In this document: piece after piece, positions 53,930-64,000 of the stretch
Layout of the letters: each line of letters begins with the position of its first letter
How positions within the stretch are numbered: position 1 is the stretch's first letter
Source of the DNA: Octopus sinensis
Taxonomy: Eukaryota
DNA: 64,000 nucleotides
Reading direction: 5' to 3'
Assembly: GCF_006345805.1 (NCBI RefSeq)
Contig: NC_043001.1
Span: 95,728,001-95,792,000 of the forward strand
Translations under genes and position numbers: made by a program
Notes under the pieces: generated by a model
Databases searched by the model: none
Told to the model about the DNA's origin: nothing
The model's input: the letters and a program-made list of their open reading frames with translations, nothing else

Positions 53930-54235
53930 TAATACATACTAATACGTACTAATACATACTAGTACATACTAATACTTACACCAACCCTATACATACACCC
54001 GTCCAGACCCCGCATACGCACTTATACTCTCTCACACACACACACACATACCTATACATACCAATACGTACTAATACATACTAATACATACTAATACATA
54101 CACCACCCCATACATACGCACGTCCAGACCCATCTTACGCACTAATACTCTCTCATACACACACACACACACACACACCCTTATACATACTAATACATAC
54201 CCAACCCTATACATACACACATCCATACCCCTCCC
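53930..54235. repeat. Minisatellite of (actaatacat)n inside a ~121-bp higher-order repeat
   Basis: gtccagaccc recurs at 54001 and 54122. Confidence 0.75.
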
Positions 54236-54411
54236 ACGCACTTTTAGCTGGTCCCTCAACCCTTTTATCAACCCTATTATCTCCCCTTATTTCGCTCTCG
54301 CGTCTCATGTTTGATCTTTGACCTCTGGCCGAAATCAGATCGCCAGTTGATTCGTTAGCTACTGCACGCATTTTTTTCTCTCCTTCTTTCTGTGTTTTTT
54401 CTCTCTCTGTA

Positions 54412-54449
54412 TCTTTCTGTTGAAGAGCGTAGGCTCGAAACGTTAAAGA
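54412..54449 (+). ncRNA. Minimal hammerhead motif in the pLTR downstream of the GIY-YIG fragment, core variant
   Basis: tcttt-CTGTTGAA-gagc gtag gctc-GAAA-CG-TT-aaaga. A6>U substitution. Confidence 0.7.
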
Positions 54450-54557
54450 CTTGTTTTATTTATATTTCTCGAGCGCATACTAATACAATTGTTCGTTTGT
54501 TTTCCACTGCCTTCGTCTTTTGTTTATTTTCATAAAGCTTCCCGTTATAGTTATATA

Positions 54558-54588
<31 letters not shown>

Positions 54589-54650
54589 CCTATACTATAC
54601 ATATAAGATATTTATATGTTATGTATATGCATATATATATATATACATAT

Positions 54651-54693
<43 letters not shown>

Positions 54694-54695
<2 letters not shown>

Positions 54696-55092
54696 CTCTT
54701 ACTCTTTTACTCTTTATTACCTGTTTCAGTCATTTGACTGGAGCACACCGCCTTTAGTCGAGCAAATCGATCCCGGGATTTTTATTCTTGTAAGCCCCGT
54801 CTCTTATCCTATCGGTCTCTTTTGCCGAACCGCTACGTGACGGGGATGTAAACACACCAGCATCGGTTGTCAAGCAATGCTAGGGGGACAAACACAGACC
54901 TACAAACACATACACACATATATATATATACATATACATGACAGATCTTTCTGTTTCCGTCTACCAAATCTACTCACAAGGCATTGGTCGGCCCGAGGCT
55001 ATAGCAGAAGACACTTGCTCAAGATGCCACGCAGTGGGACGATCCCGGAACCATGTTGGTAAGCAAGCTACCCACACAGCCACTCCTGCGCC
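54694..55092 (-). mobile_element. SINE family B
   Basis: Full head and tail match to 13211-13687. Confidence 0.9.
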
Positions 55093-55100
55093 CACTATAT

Positions 55101-55167
<67 letters not shown>

Positions 55168-55204
55168 GTGTGTGTGTGTTGTGTGTGTTTGTACATATAC
55201 ATAA

Positions 55205-55410
55205 TGTGACCGCGTGTGTACCGTTGGCGATTTTTTTTCCTCTGTCTTCCCTTCTCTGGATCTGTCCTTCTCCTATATTTCCGAAGAAGAGCTCCGCTCG
55301 AAACGTTAAACCCTCCTTCTATCCTTCTTTCTTGAGCGTCCAATAATACTATATTTGTTCCACGTCCTCGCGTTGTTGTTTTTTTTTGTGCTTTCATGTT
55401 TGGATTAACT
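55205..55410 (+). mobile_element. PLE pLTR-like repeat carrying an HHR
   Basis: Related copy at 56279-56410. Similar layout to 54370-54550. Confidence 0.65.
55278..55310 (+). ncRNA. Minimal hammerhead motif, core variant
   Basis: ttt-CCGAAGAA-gagc tcc gctc-GAAA-CG-TT-aaa. U4>C substitution. Confidence 0.65.
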
Positions 55411-55795
55411 TTAACTACACACACACATATATATATGTATATGTATATTTCTAAGTATATATGTGTGTATATGTATATATATGTGTGTATGTGTGTGTGC
55501 ATGTGTGTGCGTGTGTGTGTTTCGATTTCTAAATTGGTTTCATTAGCGGTCGTTGATCATGGTTCCCAACTGCTATCATGTAAAAGGAAAACCGCGCCAA
55601 GATTCAGATACCTGCTACAGATGTAAGAAACATTATACATTCTGGTAATTAGAAGTAAAGAATATTTCCTTGTAAAATTTAAGCGAATATAAATTTCAAG
55701 TTCTTTATTTGTCAGCTATTGAATACATATGCATCTATTTACACAATACACATGATTATGAATAAAACCAATTTAAATTCTAATACGCTATATAT

Positions 55796-55895
55796 NNNNN
55801 NNNNNNNNNNNNNNNNNNNNNNNNNNNNNNNNNNNNNNNNNNNNNNNNNNNNNNNNNNNNNNNNNNNNNNNNNNNNNNNNNNNNNNNNNNNNNNN
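55796..55895. other. Assembly gap (100 N)
   Basis: Run of N. Confidence 1.
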
Positions 55896-56022
55896 GAGAC
55901 ATGTTGTGTGATGGTAATGTATATATATATATACATATAGTTATCAGTAATAATATAGGGGGAAATTAATTAATTTGGTTATCAGTAATAATATAGTTAT
56001 CAGTAATAAAAAACTTAATTTC

Positions 56023-56040
56023 GAAACGTACGTCCGTAGG
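56023..56040 (+). other. 3' half of a hammerhead motif
   Basis: GAAA-CGTACG-TC-cgtagg: palindromic stem III with GUC. No CTGANGA is found upstream, where the sequence is tandemly rearranged next to the gap. Confidence 0.45.
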
Positions 56041-56218
56041 TTACTTAATATAGTATGATTGTCGGTATTTCTTTCTCTCTTACCTGCGTTTGCCTTTTAA
56101 GTGCTGTGGTTTTACTGAGTTCTCCCTTTTAGTAGAAAGAATAGCTATAACTCTTTGACTGCTATTTCTAAACTCGGTGTGTGGTGAGGCAAATCGTTGC
56201 AAACCGTTAATTACTTAG

Positions 56219-56278
<60 letters not shown>

Positions 56279-56410
56279 AGTACCGCTGGCGATTTTTTTC
56301 CTCCGTCTTCCCTTCTTTCCTGAGCGTCCAATAATACTTTTTTGTTCCACGTCCTCGCGTTGTTGTGTTTTTTGGGTTTTTTTTTTGTGTTTTCTTGTTT
56401 GGATAACAAC
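56279..56410 (+). mobile_element. Deleted derivative of 55219-55410 lacking the HHR
   Basis: Co-linear except for a 73-bp deletion between two ccttct repeats. Confidence 0.8.
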
Positions 56411-56453
56411 TATATATAATATACATATATATATATATATATAATATATAATA

Positions 56454-56495
<42 letters not shown>

Positions 56496-56689
56496 ATTCT
56501 TCGTTTGTATGACATACTTTATACGGCCCTCTTTCCAAATTCATTCTCGGAACCATAGCTTTCTGGGAATAGTTAGACTTAGATGTTCAATGTTACAGTT
56601 TACATATATGTATACATATATATATACATATACATATATGTATAAATATAAATATATTGCTAGCGATATTTGCTCCACAGACTGGTCCT

Positions 56690-58708
56690 GTTGGTGGCAA
56701 TGCAACCTCATATCGCAAATACAGCACTAACAACTGTACAGGCGCATGAGGAGAGGGAAAATATCCTCAACGCCCACATGATGATATGGACAATTGTTCT
56801 GGGACCCCAGAAACGTACAGCAAATAATTTCCAAGCCTGGAACAATGATATTCCGGCACTGTATGGACTTCGCAAGGACCATAAAGTAATTACTGACCCT
56901 ATAGCAGGACCACCAACAAGACCAGTCTGTGGAGCGAATATCGCTGGCAATTACAGAATCTCCTACTTCCTCTCAGTGACCATACGCCCTATAATCCGGA
57001 TGTCACATGAGGTTTGTGACAGCACAGAAGATCTCCTCAGCAGGATCAATGACTGTAACAACACTTGTGACCTGAAAGGATGTATAGTGGGTAGCATGGA
57101 TGTGGTATCCCTATACCCATCGATCGACGTAGATTTTACGGTGGAGAAGTGCGTGGAGATGATCAACGAGAGCCAGGTGGAGTTCCGTAATGTCAACACA
57201 GAGGAACTAGGCCTCCTACTTAGACTGACATGTAATAATGAATACTTAGATAAACATAATCTTAGTAGTTTCTGCCCCAATAGATGTTTAAGAGGTAGAC
57301 CGCCCACAATTACTTCTATGGCTAGGAAGACACATATAGAAAGATGGCGCGGATGGACCAGAACCACACGGAGCCCCGCAAATGTCCATCAGGTAAAGAA
57401 AATGATCGCACATGCACTAGGAGCTAGTATAAGAGTTACCCTAAAAGGCCACACGTTTAAATTTAATAATAAAATATATGCCCAGGACGAGGGGGCTTCC
57501 ATCGGCGTTAGTATCGCTGGTGATGTGGCCAACCTTTTCATGGTATGGTGGGACAGAAGGTTTAAAGAACGCCAGACACAGAACTCCATACTCGTAAACA
57601 TGTACTCTCACAAGAGAGTAAGGTTGATATATTAATAGAAACTAATACTATGGAGAGGATCCAGCAAATAGCTAACTCCATCCACCGGAGTATTAAGGTC
57701 ACAATAGACTACCCCACTAAACACCCCAACCATAGACTACCATTACTAGACACTGAACTCTGGCTAGAAATAGTGAATAACAAAACCCAAATCCTTTATT
57801 CATACTATGCACAACCTATGGCCTCAAAATACTTGATCCACCGGAGCTCAGCCATTGCGGACAATGCCAAATTCAATATTTTGATGGCAGACCTCGTCAG
57901 AATAATGAGAAATGTGTCACGCATGTGCGAGCCCACAGAGTTAATGAGACACATACAATATTTCATTCACCGCATGAAGTTCTCAGGTTACAGCTATAAA
58001 GAAAGGATCAGAGTATACAAAGGAGCCATGAAGAAATTTGATAATATATTATGTAATAATAGGAATGGGATTTGCCCACTCTATAGGAACAAGTCATGGA
58101 ACACTATAGAAAGGACAAAAAAGAAAATAGGGAAGGCCAACTCTTGGTATGATAGCCATAAATACCAGAGTGTCATGTTCGTTGACACCACCCCTGGAGG
58201 TGAACTGGCGTACCGCTTTAGAAGAACCCTAGACAAACTTAAGCTAAGAATTAAGATTGTTGAAAAGCCAGGCAACCCTATCAAATCTATAATTGGTAGA
58301 TCCTATCCTTTTAGTAGAACCCCCTGTACGGATAAATACTGTACTGTATGTAGATTTAGCCCACAAACAAACTGTAAAGCCAGAAATATAGTCTATAGTA
58401 TAAGATGTATAGAGGGACGAAGCAGTAACAAGACAACGACATACGTAGGGGAAACGGCAAGAGGCATAGGAGAGCGGGTAAATTAACATTGGAGACAACT
58501 CAAGGAAGGTAAACGCTCATCGATTCTGTACCAACACGCCGAACAGGAACACGGGGGATCAATCAACAATATAGAAATTAAAATATTGTCCACACATAGA
58601 ACAGATGGAACAATCAGACACATTACAGAAGCTACACACATAATAGAAAATAAACCTAGCCTGAATAGAAAACTAGAATGGAGCACTAGCACACACCACA
58701 ACATATGA
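56690..58708 (+). pseudogene. Penelope-like element RT plus GIY-YIG ORF, 5'-truncated and disrupted
   Basis: PALYGLRKDHK, PPTRPVCGA, GSMDVVSLYPSID, YAQDEGASIGVSIAGDVANLFM, LPLLDTEL, a PCTDKYCTVC linker and IVYSIRC...YVGETARGIGER. The YxDD region is missing at the frame switch (~57600-57650) and there is a TAA at 58484-58486. Confidence 0.9.
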
Positions 58709-58769
58709 CGATAGAGGATCCCGAAAACATAATAAATACACAGATAATAAACAAATAGAAATAAGTAAT

Positions 58770-58824
<55 letters not shown>

Positions 58825-59149
58825 GATTCGATTTATTATTATTATTATTACTAGTATTGTTGTTATACATACATACATACAAGCATATGTAATGATACTA
58901 ATAAGTGGATGTAAACACATGAACAAAATAAGAATAAACCAAAACAACAACAACAAAAACAAAATACAAATTATATGAACGTATATAAACAGAAGATACA
59001 AATATTACAGGCATCCCCCCACATACACACACTAAATAAACATAGACGCACATAGAGATACAAGCATGCGCAAATGAAGACATACAATAGAAATACAAAA
59101 TGGCTAACGATTAGTAAGGAGAGACACAAATAAGAAATAAGAAAACAAA

Positions 59150-59194
59150 GGACCACTGATGCGATTACAGGAGTATGACGAAAGACCTATGTCC
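59150..59194 (+). ncRNA. Degenerate hammerhead motif in the 3' pLTR of the 56.7-kb PLE
   Basis: ggacca-CTGATGC-gattac agga gtatgac-GAAA-gacc-TA-tgtcc. A9>C, and stem III is one change from the palindrome AGGCCT. Confidence 0.55.
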
Positions 59195-59308
59195 GAAATA
59201 AGATTAAGATTAATGTAAAAAATAAGTAACCCTGAAGCAAAATAACACCAAATATATAGTGCGTGTGTTTTTATTGGCTAAACTGGCAAAATGACCATTC
59301 CGAAATAT

Positions 59309-59352
<44 letters not shown>

Positions 59353-60789
59353 TATATATATATACACGAACACAAACACCCACACACATACATACATATA
59401 TAAAGAGGGAGAAATAACGAGAAAAATGTGTAAATTGATAGGTAATTGATACAAAGATAGATAGACAGATAGAAAGACAGACAGGCAGGTAGATAGATAG
59501 ATTGTTAGATACACAGAGAGTGAGAGAGTGAGAGAGAGTAAGATAGAGATACGTTTATTCATTACCATTTCGAATACACACCTTGCTTCATGGCAATTAA
59601 ATATTACATCTATATATATATATACGCATATACGTAATTTTCTGTGTATTGGCATGCTGTTTACTAGTTTACATCATAAGGCTTGAATGCATATATTGAT
59701 ATAAGATGCACTGGTGGACCTAAATTTCGAGCCATCATCAGCTAATAACCAAATATGTCAATTCTTCCCAAGCATGTTCTTGTTTGTTATTTATGAATGT
59801 TTCACTTTAATTTATTCCCTCAGGATATTTCTATTAAATTTTTTGACTTTGGATTGGATTTTTATTCGTTTAATGTGTTTTGTTGTTGCTTTTTAAACTA
59901 ATCTTCTGTTAGTGCTTCAGAAAAAAAATGCATAATTTTTGTGTAACATGGTATTTTGAGAAATAAAATGAAATTCTGCCATTCTTTTCGGAAAAAAAAT
60001 CGTTGAACTTTACCAATATTAAGCACTTTATTTGCTGCGATCGACAGCCAAACCACTCGTATATGGATATAAAGCTTGAACAAATATTATTATAGCAAAA
60101 TGTGAAAATAAATTCAAATAAATTTCGTATTTTTGCGATCAATGAAAAATGCATTAAAAATCTTACAAAATATTTCGAAAACTTATCAGTGATCAATGAC
60201 GAATTGTCATATTCTAATTCTCTCTGACATTCACAGACATTGCCAAATACATTCCCAATGATATAGAATGGAAGCACTACTGTAGAATCGAACAAAAACA
60301 AAGCAAAAATAACTTTTCTACAGGTTTAATTCTTTCAATATTAAATTAATCCAAAAACTGACAGCAAATTCTTTTATAGTATTATTTTTGTTAATCCCCA
60401 CTAAAATTTTAATTTGAAATACTGTTAAAATGTTCTTGTTATAAAATGTTATTTCCTGGATTGATTATTCGGAGAAGCATTGCAACAGCGGACGGAATGC
60501 TTTATATTATCTAATTGCTTTCCTCAACATACTGGTTTCAAATTCCTCTATTTTGGATTTTCAGTTTTTATTTTCGTTCCACAAATTAGAAGTACCGAGT
60601 CTAAGAGTGTTCAAACATGATGTATATATATTAACGTTAACATTTTAATTTTTTAATCAAATTTTTACTCCAATAGCACGTAAGTATTTGTAAGACTTGC
60701 TCACATACTGCAACGGATTATAATATGCAGTTAGGTCCGTATATTCTTCCATTCCAATGAGCCTGCAAGCATTACATATCTTTTATCTC

Positions 60790-61316
<527 letters not shown>

Positions 61317-62030
61317 CATACTTTTACAAAGACCAGTGAATAAATTATCGAACTTGTTCTGCTGTTCTTTATCTTTAAGACAGCATGGTCGAGCACAGCT
61401 ATGAATAAAGAATTGAGTCAGGATTATATAGATTCCACGATTTAATACAATCATACTTAACTTTACCTTGCGATCTTATAATTTAAGACAGTTGAATTAT
61501 ACAAAATAGCTAATATTGCCCAGTGAAAGCATGTCAAAATTTCGAGTTTGTCGAAATATTTAACTGTCGTAGAAATATGTTAAAACATTTAGAGCAGCAT
61601 TTGACCAATCACACTATGGAGTGAACCTTCAAATCTGCCTAACCGGTGTCGATATCAGTTTCATTCGACCTATTTTTCTAATCTCGTTGATTATATTATA
61701 ACATCTACTATTTCATAATTAATCAATGGGATAGAAAACATTTTAATATATTCTTAAAAGAGGAAAGTCATATCGGAAAAATTAAAATTGGCGTGGGCAG
61801 AGACAGAAAAATGTTTAGCGATCACAGGAAAATATCCTTCAAAATACGATACATCCTTTTCAATAATTTATTGTTTATAACCCTACAGCTGCAAGAAATA
61901 TGGACAAATAAATAGCACGAATAGACTGGACGATACAAAACAATATACATCTGTAAATATTCCTACTACGATATAGTGAAGTTATCTGTGTTTAACTGAG
62001 ATCTATCAAATAGTTTTCAAGTTATACGAT

Positions 62031-62384
62031 TTTACTCTTCACTCTTTTACATGTAGTCATGCTGGAGCACCAGCTTTTAGTCGAGCAAATCGACCCCAGG
62101 ACTTATTCTTTGTAAGCCTAGTACTTATTCTATCGGTATCTTTTGCCGAACCGCTAAGTTAGGGGGACGTAGGCACACCAGCATCGGTGGGGGGGGGCAA
62201 ATACAGACACACAAACATATACACACGCATACATATATATATATACATAGATACGACGGGCGTCTTTCAGTTTCTGTCTACCAAATCCACTCACAAGGCT
62301 TTATTCGGTCCGAGGCTATAGTAGAAGACACTTGCCCAAGATGCCACGCAGTTGGACTGAACCCCGAATCATGTGTTTATATAT

Positions 62385-62431
<47 letters not shown>

Positions 62432-62596
62432 CGAAGGGGTTTCTTTCAGTTTCCGTCCACCAAATCCACTCACAAGGTTTTGGTCAGTCCGAGGTTATAG
62501 TAGAAGACACTTGCACAAGGTGCCACGCAGTTGAACTGAGCCTGGAACCATTTGGTTGGTAAGCAAGCTACTTACCTCACAGCCACTCCTGCGACT
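62031..62596 (-). mobile_element. SINE family B with tandemly duplicated head module
   Basis: Tail at 62031-62215. Head modules at 62253-62375 and 62428-62596 are separated by (CA)n(TA)n. Confidence 0.88.
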
Positions 62597-64000
62597 ATAT
62601 AAATAATTTCTTACATTACAATCCGTGAAAGTACTCATATACTAAAGTCGGAGATGGAAGCCCTGACCATATTTTTTCAATTGAGATACTATGGCTTTCG
62701 CGAATGAAAATTTCATCGAAAAATGCGTCTGTCCAGATTCCATTAGTATATATTCAGCGCGAAACTAAAACTGAATAAATGCGATATATTGTTATACATT
62801 TGTTTTCCTTATATATTGCAAGTTTCAATCTAATCGTCCAACTTCATTAAGTTAATTGTTAATTGAACCAAGTGATAATATTTTGCTTTGTTTAAGATGC
62901 AGAAAATAATAAATGGTATAATGTTGATCGGTACAAGGAGATGAAATGCTTCGTTTTTCAAGGGATATTCCATCGGATATAACAACATAGCAACAGCTTC
63001 CAGTCTCAAACAAGCTTTCACCGGTGAGAATCAATCGCATTCATTTGTTTTAACACTAAGCCATCAGAACGTTATATGCTACACCTAATAAATAATTAAT
63101 TTTTCACGAATTTTCTTTTACTTCATTTTATAATCCTTGTGCTTAATGAGAAATAACGGTTTCTTTCTCATTTTCTGTGATAAATATAAAAGTTAAATAG
63201 AAAAAGCAAGCAAATTATGTTCTGGTACTTTTTGTTTATTTCTTTAATGTTCATCTGCTAGTTAAATGCAAGCTGAAGCATAACTAAGTAAACTGACTTG
63301 TGTGATTATTAATATCTCAATGCATTTAATGTTTATTTACCGATTTTTCGCTATACCATAATGCTGAATTTTATGATCAATTGCTTCCATAAATATATGG
63401 AAATTAAAATTAATTAAGCTAGAGATTTTATTCAAGTAACTATGATTTATAACAATTTTTTTAACTTTTATATATATATTTAATTTATGAAAGATTTTAA
63501 ATTAGACATTTTTTTTCTTTATTAGTTCTTCCCTATAACTAAATCGGAAGATAATGTAACGTAAAACATAAAGTAAATCAATTAAAGAGATTTAATGTTC
63601 TACGTACATCATGTTCAACATCACGTTATTCATTTATGGAGGATTTGATTGGGTTTTTCTTATATTTAGCCGACTATTTTTTTTCTTGAGAATATAATTG
63701 CTTTGCTTTCAGTAGAATAAATATCGTGACTTTATGATCCGGTCTTGCGTAGAAAAAGAAGAAAAAGACTTATGAAATTATTCATTTATGAATTATTCTC
63801 TTCTATTGTAAGAAACTCTTAATATCCACAACGCTCAATTTAATATATACTGCCGAATATTTTCTATCTACAAGACCTGTTCCATTTGGAGGTTAAACAT
63901 TTTGATCAAGGATTTAATACATAGAAAAATGTGCATAAGTCTTGTTGCAATAAAGATTCCTTCTGTTGTTGGGGAATGTCATGATGAACGTTTTACATAC

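Noticed and set aside
55915-56010. Triplicated tatagttatcagtaataa next to the gap
   Set aside because: It is adjacent to the N gap and may be a contig-end artefact. It is not CRISPR-like, as there are no unique spacers of regular length.
59715-59750. Minus-strand CTGATGA-tggctc-GAAA core
   Set aside because: Neither stem I nor stem III can pair, so it is a likely chance match.

Overview
AT-rich, gene-poor eukaryotic genomic DNA that appears to be octopus (coleoid cephalopod). This attribution is an inference from the recurring tRNA-derived SINE families and the very dense (TA)n, (CA)n, (GATA)n and (AAT)n microsatellites. No intact host protein-coding gene is recognisable, and most ORFs in the supplied track are microsatellite translations. 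The window is a mosaic of repeats: four or five SINE families; decayed Tc1, mariner and maT-like DNA transposons; RTE and R4/Dong-type LINE fragments; a probable non-autonomous Helitron; and many Penelope-like element (PLE) remnants lodged in (TA)n tracts, including one 5'-truncated RT plus GIY-YIG copy at 56.7-58.7 kb. The most interesting signal is RNA-level. At least eight type I hammerhead ribozyme (HHR) motifs or half-motifs can be folded by eye. Two have a fully canonical core and intact stems (9116-9199 and 40722-40765). The second sits inside a non-coding ~453-nt unit present twice in the window in circularly permuted form, which is the architecture expected of a retrozyme-like, ribozyme-processed (possibly circular) RNA element. 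Two different Dong-like LINE 3' ends are stacked in one (TAA)n tract. A 100-N assembly gap lies at 55796-55895. All coordinates were read by eye and may be off by a few bases.
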